Virus record (IMG/VR): IMGVR_UViG_3300035113_000077
Span: 1-64,000 of that record
DNA from: a virus
Strand: one strand, 5' to 3'
DNA length: 64,000 nt
Part shown: positions 9,195-19,275 of the stretch, piece after piece
Layout of the letters: each line of letters starts with the position of its first letter
Numbering within the stretch: position 1 is the stretch's first letter
Program-made: the position numbers and the translations under genes
Notes under the pieces: generated by a model
What the model was told of the DNA's origin: nothing
Seen by the model: only the letters and a program-made list of their open reading frames with translations
Database searches by the model: none

Positions 9195-9938
9195 TTATAA
9201 TCCACGAACATTCCAATTTCTAATTTGAATGGATGCAGGTTTACCATCACCCATAGAATCAATCTGAAATGCATTGTGCAAATAGTTTGTCTGCGGTGAC
9301 CACTTCTGCATTTTCTTATGTGCAAGATTGATTGGATAATTAATTCCATCAATCACTATTGAATCATGATAAGTCACTCCATTTGCACGATCAATTATAA
9401 AGTAAGCTTCAGCTGAAACATATATTCCTGCCTTAGGTACTGGTGGTGGAATATTCGTCATTGCTACCCACTTATGGTCTGGAGCCGTTTGGTCAAATAG
9501 TCTCCACGCTGGTGGTCCATCTACTTTTGACCATTTATATTGCCAAGCCATATTATATGTCCAACCAGCTTCACATAGTTCTATTTCAAATTCTCTAGCA
9601 TTTCCATTTAAGTCAGAATTTGAAATAGCAAACTCCAGTTCCCAACAAGCATATTGTAGCTTTGGTGGAGTTCTTGAAATTGTATTGTACATGTAGGAAT
9701 TATCCCAAGGCTGACCTGGTCGCCTCTGTATTGAATTAAATACCATCAAGGCTGCAGTAGTAGAAGTTCCTGGCTTCCAGATAGTTTTACCATGGGGTAA
9801 AGCATTTATTCCACCGGTATCAGCACCAGCTCCATCAATCATGCTCGGTACTTGTTCAAGGCCAGCCCATTCGTATAATGGTCGTGTTCCATTCAATAGT
9901 TCTTTTATTTCTGAAGTAATCATTGTAGTTTCTCCCAT
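9195..9938 (-). CDS. hypothetical beta-rich (lectin/ConA-like) protein
   Basis: Trp-rich, beta-strand pattern; fold is a guess. Confidence 0.4.
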   Translation of the reverse strand: MGETTMITSEIKELLNGTRPLYEWAGLEQVPSMIDGAGADTGGINALPHGKTIWKPGTSTTAALMVFNSIQRRPGQPWDNSYMYNTISRTPPKLQYACWELEFAISNSDLNGNAREFEIELCEAGWTYNMAWQYKWSKVDGPPAWRLFDQTAPDHKWVAMTNIPPPVPKAGIYVSAEAYFIIDRANGVTYHDSIVIDGINYPINLAHKKMQKWSPQTNYLHNAFQIDSMGDGKPASIQIRNWNVRGL

Positions 9939-10164
9939 TTACTAAAACTTATTTACTTTTTTCTTTTTGAATTTTCTGTATCTTATCAATCAATTTTTCT
10001 AAATATCTTCGTTTTGTTTGTTCATCTGGAATAAATCTTATCCAAAACTCTTCAATCATCAATTCATTTAATTCTCTCATGTGTATAAGTTGTAAATCCA
10101 TTCCACGCTTAGGTAGTCCTAAATCACTTGGTGCACTAAAGCTTCTTGTCCAAGGCCATGGCAT

Positions 10165-10596
10165 TTAATCTTCATCCTTGATTCTTTTATATTTCCAATG
10201 TTTGGGATAGTGCTTTCTCTTTGCTCTTATATGCCTGAAATAATCTTTGCCATATCGAGCTAATGTTGTATTTCCAGCTTTCTCACCGTTCTTTCTAAAG
10301 AACTCTTTATCATGCGTTGCTGCAGTCTTCGAGCCACCTTTATGACCAGCAAGCTTTTTAGCTATGATATCTGGATGAGTTCCTTTTCTCCATTTAATTT
10401 TCTTCTTCTTTTTATTCTTTGGAAGAGCTATTCTAAAGAACTTAGCCTTCTTTGGGAATAAGAACTTATCTACTTCGTCTTTTAATTTTTCAGCTTTCTC
10501 TTTTAACTTCTTATCTTTAGTGTATTGAGTATAGCCTACTAATGAATTGAAAGCTTCAAATACATATTTTAATTTCTTATTCAGTGGCTTAGGCAT
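10165..10596 (-). CDS. basic protein with KGG/GsiB-like stress motifs
   Basis: AGHKGGSKTAATHDKEFFRKNGEKAG..T..RYGKDYF resembles KGG repeats. Confidence 0.55.
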   Translation of the reverse strand: MPKPLNKKLKYVFEAFNSLVGYTQYTKDKKLKEKAEKLKDEVDKFLFPKKAKFFRIALPKNKKKKKIKWRKGTHPDIIAKKLAGHKGGSKTAATHDKEFFRKNGEKAGNTTLARYGKDYFRHIRAKRKHYPKHWKYKRIKDED

Positions 10597-11318
10597 CAAT
10601 TAATCCTTCAACTAAAGCTTCATTCCTTGCATTGCTGTTGGAATTATCTTAGGCAATTGAATCATAGACGACCAGCCTACACTTCTAGGTTTCATCACTA
10701 TAACTTTAATAGGAATACGTCTAAGCACTTTCAACAAGTCTGCATCTAAATTAACTTGTATTGGATTCTTCTTCATCAGTTCATCACCATTACTGCATTC
10801 CATTGAATTGGATGTTCTAAACAGCTACAAGTAAATAACTGATCTAAATAAACACTAGCAAACACCATACTAATACTTTTATTCTGATGAACATTCATTG
10901 ATATGTTTTCTTTATCTCTAGAGCTATGAATAAATCCAGCAAATGTCTTAACTTGATAGTGGTTCAATCCTTGATGAACTTTCCTATGAACAATCATTCC
11001 TTCTGGCAATGGAATTGTTTTCATCTTATTCCTTTGGATTGATTCCCTTACGTTGCTGCACTCGATTACTAACAGCTTCAGCAGCTGTATTGCCTTGCTT
11101 TCTAAAATCATTCACTGGGTTCTTAATTGGAGTGGAACTATCATTCACTTGAACTGGTTGAGCTATGTCTTTGTCTGCCATAGATTCTCCTCTAGCATAA
11201 GCTAATAAATGCTCGCATGTGTCATAAGTATCTGCACCACATATACAACAATAAATTACTTGTGGTTGAACTTCATAGTCAGTTCTAGATAAAAGAACTT
11301 TCTCTAATCTAGAGTCAT

Positions 11319-11801
11319 TCACTTTATTAACCTCTGTCCTTTACTTTTATTCCAGTTACAGCAAGCGTCGCCTTCAATAGTAAATTGTACAGATAATCCA
11401 AGTACTTTCTTTAGCACTGTAGTGAGTGCCTGACATACATTAGGAGTTGGTCCTTTCCTTACACAACGTATACATTGCACTTTACCAATTACTAATCCCA
11501 CTTCACTTGCTGTAAATATTCCTGCTGGCTCAACATCTTTACAGTATTCCCACTTATCAGCAGCTGCTCCCTTTGCATAGTATGTGCACGAAGCAACATT
11601 TGGCACTACAACATCTTTAGCTAATAGAGTGCAACGATCTTTATACTTGCCTGATTCAATATGGAATAAGCACCGATCACCACAGAGTTTTTGTGTTCCA
11701 TCTGATCCAAGATAACCAACAGCAACTCTTAGTGCATTCACTTCAGCACTATTACCTGCCGATTGAATTTGAATTAGGCTTACTGAATCTTGAAGCTTCA
11801 C
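11319..11801 (-). CDS. Cys-rich two-repeat protein (possible Fe-S/HiPIP-like or Zn-binding)
   Basis: Two C-x2/3-C...C...C-x2-(Y/W) units. Confidence 0.4.
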   Translation of the reverse strand: MKLQDSVSLIQIQSAGNSAEVNALRVAVGYLGSDGTQKLCGDRCLFHIESGKYKDRCTLLAKDVVVPNVASCTYYAKGAAADKWEYCKDVEPAGIFTASEVGLVIGKVQCIRCVRKGPTPNVCQALTTVLKKVLGLSVQFTIEGDACCNWNKSKGQRLIK

Positions 11802-11802
11802 A

Positions 11803-12081
11803 TTAGCCTCTTATAATATCATCGTCTATGAATGCCCTATACAAAGGGTCTTCTAAAATTTTATCACCATAAGTTTTCTTTATAAGCTCTGAAGTTTCAA
11901 AATGAACATCATCTATTGAATGTCCATGAATCCACCCATTACTTGGAACTGATTCTATAATATATTTAGGGTCAATTAAATATGATGAATACTTCTTCGG
12001 CTCAGCTTTCACAAATGGCTTAAGCACTAGTGCACCAATTGATGCTGCAAAACCTTTGAATAAATTTCTACGAGTAATCAT
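11803..12081 (-). CDS. small protein with a twin-arginine-like signal
   Basis: MITRRNLFKGFAASIGALVL approximates the S/T-RR-x-FLK Tat consensus. Confidence 0.5.
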   Translation of the reverse strand: MITRRNLFKGFAASIGALVLKPFVKAEPKKYSSYLIDPKYIIESVPSNGWIHGHSIDDVHFETSELIKKTYGDKILEDPLYRAFIDDDIIRG

Positions 12082-12276
12082 TGAATACTTTCTCCAGTCT
12101 TTCTTAATGCATTAGAAGGTATATCATAAACTTTTTGTGCTAGCACATTCCCATCATCGTAAACTTTAAGAACTTTATATTTAACAGTTACTTCGCAGAT
12201 ATCGCCTTCTTTAAGTTCTTGTCCATTAGCATCATTACTTTTAAGTATAGCCATTATTTATTTTCTCCTTTAATAA

Positions 12277-12651
12277 CTACCATCTACGTCTCTTTGCTGC
12301 TGCAACTTCTTCTTCTATTTTCTTCATGTCTTTTGGCATCGTTGACCCAGGTTGTTTCATCTTATCTGGATTATCTACTGCCCATCTATGAAATTCGCCA
12401 ATCATCTTTTTAATTCCAAGTAATTGTTCGCTTGTGCAATTATCTTCTACACATAAAGCTAAATAGCATTGTATAGCTCTAATAGCTAATCTATCTTTTG
12501 CTCTGAATATAAACAATGGCTCATCATTTGGGATTTCATTTCCATTGTAGACATTTCTAATACTAATTAGTGGTTGATTAAATTCACTAAAGTTATCACC
12601 ATTTGTATCCAATACTTCTATCTCATACTTACTATCTATTCTACGTTTCAT
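12277..12651 (-). CDS. hypothetical protein with EPxFxxRxKD motif
   Basis: DEPLFIFRAKDRLA ... W...NPDKMKQP; paralog of 16311-16691. Confidence 0.55.
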   Translation of the reverse strand: MKRRIDSKYEIEVLDTNGDNFSEFNQPLISIRNVYNGNEIPNDEPLFIFRAKDRLAIRAIQCYLALCVEDNCTSEQLLGIKKMIGEFHRWAVDNPDKMKQPGSTMPKDMKKIEEEVAAAKRRRW

Positions 12652-12866
12652 TTTATTAAATTCACTTTCTTATCATCAATTCCAAATTCTTGTTTTGATG
12701 CTAGCTTATGATAATTATCCTGAACTTGTACTAAGCTTTTGTGGGTGCTACTTTGTCTAGCAATTAAGTCTTTTATTGTTTTATTCTTTGCTTTAATAAC
12801 AACAGTAAAAAATACAATTAGCCCAATTACCAAACTAATAATTATTTCTATCAAGTGTTCATTCAT
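12648..12866 (-). CDS. single-TM membrane protein
   Basis: N-terminal hydrophobic helix; GGAG RBS. Confidence 0.5.
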   Translation of the reverse strand: MNEHLIEIIISLVIGLIVFFTVVIKAKNKTIKDLIARQSSTHKSLVQVQDNYHKLASKQEFGIDDKKVNLIK

Positions 12867-12885
12867 CTATTATCTCCAATTCTAA

Positions 12886-12922
12886 AAGAGTGTAGACTAA
12901 ATCTAACAAAGTCTACACTCTT
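12886..12922 (-). terminator. rho-independent terminator-like hairpin
   Basis: 13-bp inverted repeat AAGAGTGTAGACT/AGTCTACACTCTT just after the 12932 stop, ending in T's on the minus strand. Confidence 0.65.
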
Positions 12923-12931
12923 CTCTTTGCT

Positions 12932-13513
12932 TTAAGGGGTTGGAGTAGCTGCCTGCGGGTCACCAAATGTCAATGTCAAAACATCTGGCCCACCAGATAC
13001 AGTTAAAGTGTTTGTTCCAACAGTTGAAGTCGCATTGTCTGTCAATCGAACAATGGTGCTTCCAGTGGCTAATGGAGTAAACGTAGCCGAGCCATCAGCA
13101 TTTTGCACGAATGAAGCAATGGTTGAATCATCAATTGACCACGAAGAATTCTTTGGATCAATAGTTACTGGTTTCCCAAAAGCATCTGTTTCAATTCCAG
13201 ATGCTGCGATTGTTTGACCTTTCGAAATATTACCACCTGCCATAGTTGTGTCGCCTCCAAATTGAATTTGTAATACTGGTTCTAACTGCGGTGTTCCTAA
13301 CGTTGAAATGATTGTCTTTATTCCAATGAGTACTTCACTTTGATTTATCTTTATTGCATTTACTTCATTGGTTAACTCTTCAATATCTTCTTCAATGCTG
13401 TTTAACTTGCTGTTTACAGTATCATTAATTTTATTTTCCAACTTTTGCAATATCTGAAGTTGATTTCTTAAATGAGTAAGTACATCTATTTCTTTATGTT
13501 CATTCTCTTTCAT
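12932..13513 (-). CDS. coiled-coil plus Ig-like (Big_2-type) domain protein
   Basis: Heptad-rich N-half; C-half ..WSIDDSTIASF....G.ATF..LATGST.V.. Ig-like. Confidence 0.55.
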   Translation of the reverse strand: MKENEHKEIDVLTHLRNQLQILQKLENKINDTVNSKLNSIEEDIEELTNEVNAIKINQSEVLIGIKTIISTLGTPQLEPVLQIQFGGDTTMAGGNISKGQTIAASGIETDAFGKPVTIDPKNSSWSIDDSTIASFVQNADGSATFTPLATGSTIVRLTDNATSTVGTNTLTVSGGPDVLTLTFGDPQAATPTP

Positions 13514-13850
13514 CTACACCTGCTTTCTCCTTTAATTTATCTCTTGTTTAACTGGCAACGTAGTGGTTACTTCTTTCGGATCCCAGTCTGCAATTTTTCC
13601 TAAACTCATCAATTTCATTTCCATCAGTCTATTCTTAATTGTCATTCTATCTATTGGATTAAACATTGTTTTGTTTTCGGTATTGAATACAGAAATCATA
13701 TCATCTACATCATCTACTGATAGTATCTCATCTTCATCATTTGGTTTAGACAACAATCTAAATAGCTTGCCCACTGCGTCTCTTAGTCTAAATAATTTAT
13801 CTAAATCATCTTTTATCATATCTAATCTATTCATTTATACTTTACCTCCT

Positions 13851-14918
13851 TTACACTGGATGCCAGAATAAATCGTTCTTTGGTACTTGCTTCTGTAACC
13901 ACTCAGGATGTCTCATTGTCCATTTGACAGTACGCTCAAGGGATTCTCTAAATTGTACAGGATGCTTCCATCCTATTTCGGCGAGCTTGCTTCCATCTAA
14001 TGCATATCTACGATCATGACCTGGTCTTGTCTTATGAAACTCTTCCAATCTATACTTCAATGGCTTACCGGCAAACTCTGCAATCAACTCTGCCATTTCC
14101 AGATTGTCTACTTCTTCATCTCCCACTACATGATAACGATCTGGTCTATCGAAGTCTGGAAATTGAGCTATTACATTTAGATTAGTTGATCTATTTCCAA
14201 ATGCAACTGAATCATCACGATATCCAGATAGAAATAAAAGAGCATCAGCATGATTTCTAGCATGAAGATAATATCTAGATCCAATATCTCCCGGGCTTCC
14301 ATGAATTGTAATTTCCTCTCCAGCTAATACTTTTTGAATCACCATTGGCACAAACTTCTCTATGTCTTGTCTTTCTCCAAAGTTGTTCATTGTATTTGTG
14401 ATTACTACTGGCACCCCATAGGCTCTCCAATAGCTGATTGCAATAGCTTCCTGAGCAGCTTTACTTGCAGCATATGGGTTCGATGGAATTGAAGGTTCCC
14501 ATTCTTTATGCTTATGATCTTTCTCTGCTGGCCCATAAACTTCATCGGTACTAATTTGAAATACTGACTTAGGCTTAATCTTTCTCGCATATTCCATTAC
14601 TGATAATGTGACATCAACATTATTTCTGATGAATGGAACTGGATCAGATAATGATCTATCAACATGGCTTTCAGCAGCTAGATGATAGATGTAATCTATT
14701 GGCCCAATTCGATCTATCAGTGTCGATGGAATCTGATGTCTAAGATCATGAACATGAACTGTATATCTATGTAGTGGCAAATGACTTAGTCTAGAGCTAT
14801 TTCCCTTGTGATTGAATGTCGAGATCAGATGAATATTCCAATCTGTCTTTTCGATTAAATGCTCGATAAGATGATGACCAATAAATCCAGCTCCGCCAGT
14901 TACCAATACTGATTTCAT
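13851..14918 (-). CDS. rfbB: dTDP-glucose 4,6-dehydratase
   Basis: VTGGAGFIG, HLAAESHVDRS, ISTDEVYG, PSNPYAASKA, RPGHDRRYALD. Confidence 0.9.
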   Translation of the reverse strand: MKSVLVTGGAGFIGHHLIEHLIEKTDWNIHLISTFNHKGNSSRLSHLPLHRYTVHVHDLRHQIPSTLIDRIGPIDYIYHLAAESHVDRSLSDPVPFIRNNVDVTLSVMEYARKIKPKSVFQISTDEVYGPAEKDHKHKEWEPSIPSNPYAASKAAQEAIAISYWRAYGVPVVITNTMNNFGERQDIEKFVPMVIQKVLAGEEITIHGSPGDIGSRYYLHARNHADALLFLSGYRDDSVAFGNRSTNLNVIAQFPDFDRPDRYHVVGDEEVDNLEMAELIAEFAGKPLKYRLEEFHKTRPGHDRRYALDGSKLAEIGWKHPVQFRESLERTVKWTMRHPEWLQKQVPKNDLFWHPV

Positions 14919-14934
14919 CTTTTATCCTTTTCTA

Positions 14935-15459
14935 TTATGGTCTCTTTCCAATTGTCTTTGCTCTGAGTAACCACTCGTGCTCAAACACTTTCAACTGAGG
15001 ATGTTCTACAATTAGTGATTTGTAGTACTGTTCGAGATTAGCAACATAGCTAATTAATATTGAGTCAACATTATCTAAGTTTAATGCATATACTGTCTTA
15101 GGTCCAAGTTGACCATCATAAACTACTCCTACTGATTGTTGAGCGAATTTGATTGCTCTTGATCCCATGTTAACATAGTGCTGAAAAATCTTATCTGCAA
15201 TGTCTTGATTATCTAAGTCTTTAAATGACTGTTTATTCCAGAAATTTTCATAGTAGAAATTCTCTACAGCTATATCTAATTGGCCAGCTTTCTCGTTCCA
15301 CTTAAGACTTAAATGATCTACGACCATCCACCCAGCCCAGTTTGGCCACATCCTTCTGGATATTCCACAGTACGTCTCTCCACCTGGATCTTTACTGTTG
15401 CTGTCATATCCACCTTCCCACGAATCTAATACTATCATTGATTTATTAAAGTCTGCCAT
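14935..15459 (-). CDS. glycoside hydrolase family 108 endolysin
   Basis: EGGY....DPGGET..GI catalytic motif; VN.G..A....Q...GV..DG.LGPKT..AL peptidoglycan-binding-type motif. Confidence 0.85.
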   Translation of the reverse strand: MADFNKSMIVLDSWEGGYDSNSKDPGGETYCGISRRMWPNWAGWMVVDHLSLKWNEKAGQLDIAVENFYYENFWNKQSFKDLDNQDIADKIFQHYVNMGSRAIKFAQQSVGVVYDGQLGPKTVYALNLDNVDSILISYVANLEQYYKSLIVEHPQLKVFEHEWLLRAKTIGKRP

Positions 15460-15606
15460 TAAATCTTCACCTTATCTCTTTTGTATAAAATTCTCTAAAT
15501 GCTTTTAACTTCTCTTCGCAATATAGCCCATGACAACTACCAGCATGACTGCATCCTTTATAATGCTCTGAGAATTTTATCATTAATTCACTTAAACTAT
15601 CTCTTT

Positions 15607-15691
15607 TGGTGCGGATAGAGGGAATCGAACCCTCATGACTTTCGTCTTCAGATTTTAAGTCTGATGCGTATACCAGTTCCGCCATATCCGC
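15607..15691 (-). tRNA. tRNA-Leu (anticodon UAA)
   Basis: GCGGATA/TATCCGC acceptor stem, TGGCGGAACTGGTATACGC D-arm, TCAGA-CTTAAAA-TCTGA anticodon arm, long variable arm, GAGGGTTCGATTCCCTC T-arm, encoded ACCA. Confidence 0.95.
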
Positions 15692-15720
15692 TTCTTTCAT
15701 TTAATTTATCCTATTGAATT

Positions 15721-15751
15721 GGCGAGTACTCTTACGTATTGAATACTCGCC
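15721..15751 (-). terminator. intergenic hairpin
   Basis: GGCGAGTA...TACTCGCC inverted repeat upstream of the tRNA; no strong U tract. Confidence 0.35.
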
Positions 15752-16310
15752 TCTTAACTCTTGAATTACTTTGCTTCTAACTCTCGCCATGTATCCCAAG
15801 CTATCCTGCGTTTTACTCTGCGTGGAAGATTATCACCATACTTAGCTGTTACAGCTTTATATGATCGTTGAAAACCCTCTCTACGTTTTATCTGTCTTGA
15901 TGGTTCTTTAGGTGCTTTATTCATTGTCTTTTCCTGAATTAAGGTTTAATTGGTTTCTCATTCCATTTGTTATTTAATACAGTCTGTGGATTACTTCCAC
16001 CATTTCCTCCTGTATTCTGTGCTCCCCATCCTCTATCTACAGCTTCTTGAACACCTTTACTTGGTGTCGTGGCTTTATTGGTCAATGACGAATCTTTTAC
16101 TCCTGCCATTTTAACTTTCTCCTTTTCTTAAATCTGTTTTCTTTAGGTCAGTGTTGTTTTGATTGGTTGTATTGACTATTTGTTGTTCTTAATGCTCGTA
16201 TATTGTAAATAATCATAGTTATTATGTATATAGTTAAAATCCTTTTCCTATAGTATATGGGCTCTACGTATTCTTTTAATGAATATCTAAGGCTAATACT
16301 AAATAGGTTC

Positions 16311-16691
16311 TTAGTCAGGCAGTTTAATCTTATCCTTGTTGTTCTTTCTCCATTCGTTTATTTCTTTAAATTTCGCAGTTAAGCTAGTAATAAACGATTT
16401 CTTTACTTTAGCAGTTATGGCTAATGACTTATATGTCCTAGTCGTTTCAGTCATTAACTTATCTTTTGATCTAAGAATGAAGACAGGTTCGCCATCTAAC
16501 AATTGTTGGCATAGTTCACCAAGATTCTCGCAATTGAAATGATCGAAGTCTTTTGTCCAAAGCTCAATAGTTTCAGGGGCAATGGCAACTTTTTCTTCAG
16601 CTTGTTCGTCAGCAATAGTTTCTATGCTGATCGGTTCTTCTTTCGTAATTGGTTCGAGTCCATTTATTTCTTGACAAATAATTCTAATCAT
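16311..16691 (-). CDS. hypothetical protein with EPxFxxRxKD motif
   Basis: GEPVFILRSKDKLM...W...NKDKIKLPD; paralog of 12277-12651. Confidence 0.55.
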   Translation of the reverse strand: MIRIICQEINGLEPITKEEPISIETIADEQAEEKVAIAPETIELWTKDFDHFNCENLGELCQQLLDGEPVFILRSKDKLMTETTRTYKSLAITAKVKKSFITSLTAKFKEINEWRKNNKDKIKLPD

Positions 16692-16702
16692 AATTTCCTC
16701 TT

Positions 16703-17191
16703 TTATTCTAATTGAGATTTCAAATCGCCACTAGCTAAACTACCTGTTCTACATCTGTTAACTTGATTGCCTGCTGTATAGTTTATCTTTTCTATTTCAC
16801 CATTCAAATGATGAATCACTAAAGGCATTCCAGCTTTCTTCACTCTACTGATTAAATCTGGAATATGCCCTGTTGTCCTTCCCGATGGTAGAATGTGGAA
16901 TATTTCACCAATTTCTAATAGAGCCGGATTTCTACTCATAAATACTTGAGCCAATCTAGCTTCACTTAGTCTTGTCCATGGTTTGATGTCATATTCAACA
17001 AATCCAAAATCAGGATTCTTTTTATCACGAATACAACGATCACGTACAAAGAATCCAATACCAGATTTACATGCACCAGATATGATTGTAAGATCGCTAT
17101 ATTCTGATTTCAAACTATCCAATAAAGACATAACATAATCTTTATCTTCCTGTGTATCTCTATCTAGGTCCCCCATGATAACTACGAACAT
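16703..17191 (-). CDS. SLOG superfamily (YspA/DUF2493-like) protein
   Basis: N-terminal V.I.G..D, IISGA...G, RN..L and C-terminal K.G.P pattern. Confidence 0.5.
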   Translation of the reverse strand: MFVVIMGDLDRDTQEDKDYVMSLLDSLKSEYSDLTIISGACKSGIGFFVRDRCIRDKKNPDFGFVEYDIKPWTRLSEARLAQVFMSRNPALLEIGEIFHILPSGRTTGHIPDLISRVKKAGMPLVIHHLNGEIEKINYTAGNQVNRCRTGSLASGDLKSQLE

Positions 17192-17193
17192 TC

Positions 17194-17430
17194 TTAACCT
17201 CCACTTTTCCTATTAGCTTTCAGTGGTGCGTGTTCTGTTACTACAACATTAATTGCTCCCGGTCCTTTGTTTGTTGTTTCAATATCAAATTCAACAACAT
17301 CATTTTCATTCAATGACTTGTAACCATCTTGCACAATGTTTGAATAGTGAACAAAAAGATCTTCTTGTCCTTCTACTTCGATGAAACCATATCCCTTAGT
17401 AGCGTTGAACCATTTCACTCTGCCTTGCAT
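17194..17430 (-). CDS. cold-shock domain protein
   Basis: [14 protein letters not shown] (RNP1), DLFVHYS (RNP2), GYKSLNE, KGP.A.NV. Confidence 0.95.
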   Translation of the reverse strand: MQGRVKWFNATKGYGFIEVEGQEDLFVHYSNIVQDGYKSLNENDVVEFDIETTNKGPGAINVVVTEHAPLKANRKSGG

Positions 17431-17470
17431 TTTATTTCTTTCTCCTTTTATTTTTCTAATTCTGTATAAA

Positions 17471-18202
17471 TTATACAGGATAGGCTAAGTAATCATAAAA
17501 ACAATCTGTTGGATCATTCAAAAGTTTCAAGTTATAACCAATTCCAGTAATGAATGTCTTATAGTCTATATCAAAATCTTCGTTATGATAGTAGGCAATA
17601 GGGGGTTCAAATTCAAAAATAATTTTTGGTCTATATTTTTTAATAGTTTCAACTGCACCTTTCATTATCTTTAAATCACATCCTTGAGCATCTATCTTTA
17701 TTAGAGTTACATTTTCAATTCCAAAGCTATCTAAAGTCTTAGTTATTAACTCTCCAGTTGTACTTTCAATTAAAGAAAAACCGCCAATATGGTCCCAACT
17801 AGTAAAATCAATTTCATTATTGTTAAAAGGAATTGGTTTAAACTTTTCTACAAATAATTCATTGAACAACCTTACTTTTGTTTCTTTATTGTAAAGAGCA
17901 ACATTAAAAGCCATTACATTTTCTTCAACATCATTCAGTTTAATATTTGAAACTAAAACATCAAATGTTTGTCTGCATGGTTCAAAGGCAACAACACGAT
18001 GGCCAAGTTTAGCTAAATATATTGACATAAAACCAATGTTAGCCCCAACATCAATAATTGTACTATTTTTTGGAAGTGTATCAAATGTTTCTTTTAAATG
18101 CTTATCCCAAAACTTTCCTTCTATAAGAGACTTACAAATACCATCTTGAGGCCAAAGATTAAATTGACCCCAAGATGTGTTAAACAGTTTTGTGCCTATC
18201 AT
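17471..18202 (-). CDS. FkbM-family SAM-dependent methyltransferase
   Basis: [33 protein letters not shown]. Confidence 0.85.
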   Translation of the reverse strand: MIGTKLFNTSWGQFNLWPQDGICKSLIEGKFWDKHLKETFDTLPKNSTIIDVGANIGFMSIYLAKLGHRVVAFEPCRQTFDVLVSNIKLNDVEENVMAFNVALYNKETKVRLFNELFVEKFKPIPFNNNEIDFTSWDHIGGFSLIESTTGELITKTLDSFGIENVTLIKIDAQGCDLKIMKGAVETIKKYRPKIIFEFEPPIAYYHNEDFDIDYKTFITGIGYNLKLLNDPTDCFYDYLAYPV

Positions 18203-18211
18203 TTTTTTTAA

Positions 18212-18727
18212 TTACCTAACTTTTGTAATTATAAATCTAGCAGCAATATCACTATCAGAATAGGAACTTCCACCAGTCATTCGATGAGCACGAACAACGT
18301 CTCCAATAGCTAATATAACTATAACAGAGCAACCTTGAGCTTGGTTTACGATTGAAGCTAAACAAAGCCTATTCGTACCACTTAAACTTGTAGCACTAGT
18401 TGTAGTCGAAGCATTTAAGCTAATGGCCAAATTATCATTAACTGATCCATCATAGTAGCTTATAGCATAAACTCCATTTGTATTTATTGTAAATGAAGCT
18501 CCATCAGTAGCACTATCTACATATGTAATGTCTGAGCCAACATTTGTGTCAACATTTGCAAAACGACGAATTTTAACTCCAGTTGACCCGTAGGCATTTC
18601 CAGTGTCAACACTTACTTCAGAATCAAGGCAAGGTGGTGTGCTTGATTGAGCATTAACAGTTTCAAACTTGTAACCAATAAATAATCCAACAAACAATAT
18701 TGCAACAACTATCTTCAACTTTTTCAT
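18212..18727 (-). CDS. secreted beta-sandwich (C1q/BclA-like) protein
   Basis: Signal peptide MKKLKIVVAILFVGLFIG...VNA|Q; FTINTNGVY.I and L..GD.V motifs. Confidence 0.5.
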   Translation of the reverse strand: MKKLKIVVAILFVGLFIGYKFETVNAQSSTPPCLDSEVSVDTGNAYGSTGVKIRRFANVDTNVGSDITYVDSATDGASFTINTNGVYAISYYDGSVNDNLAISLNASTTTSATSLSGTNRLCLASIVNQAQGCSVIVILAIGDVVRAHRMTGGSSYSDSDIAARFIITKVR

Positions 18728-19098
18728 TTCTTTCTCCTTTTATTTTTCTTCTTGTAGTCTTTATGATTTGCTATACATGCTGCTGAACAAAATTCTTTTG
18801 TATCTTTATCGTAATAGACACAATCTTTTGAATGACACTTAAATATCTTTTTCTTTTCTTTATTTATTTTCCTCTCATCTATAAATTTAACTACAACTTT
18901 CTTTCCTCTTAAATAACTAGGTTCTTGAATCTTTCCAACAACTCTTGTATACCGATCATATAGGTTGTTTGAATGTTTATAATGCTTCTTTATAAACTTC
19001 TCCACCATTGGTTGCGTATAGTTTACTGGACCAATAGAACATGTTGGACAAAACAAATACTTCGTCTTAAACGTTAGAGTCAATATAGCTCTAGCCAT
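18724..19098 (-). CDS. basic Zn-finger-like hypothetical protein
   Basis: CPTC and C..KDC...FCSAAC. Confidence 0.45.
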   Translation of the reverse strand: MARAILTLTFKTKYLFCPTCSIGPVNYTQPMVEKFIKKHYKHSNNLYDRYTRVVGKIQEPSYLRGKKVVVKFIDERKINKEKKKIFKCHSKDCVYYDKDTKEFCSAACIANHKDYKKKNKRRKK

Positions 19099-19275
19099 TC
19101 TAGTTTCCTTCTTCTTCCCCTCTTTTGTTCCACTCTTTTAACCATTTATCTTGATATTCTTTTGGTTGGGCTTTAAACCACTTATACCATTTCTTAGCAC
19201 CATGTCTAGCCCATAATAAAAAGCCTACTATAAATAAAAACAATAATAATATTACTATAGTTTCTGTTGTACTCA

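Noticed and set aside
10612-10803. Terminase large-subunit Walker A-like string (VIVMKPRSVGWSS)
   Set aside because: ORF is only about 55-63 aa with no other terminase motifs; at most a remnant.
16110-16310. 200-nt AT-rich intergenic gap as a possible ncRNA
   Set aside because: No convincing stems or known motif; more likely a promoter/leader region.
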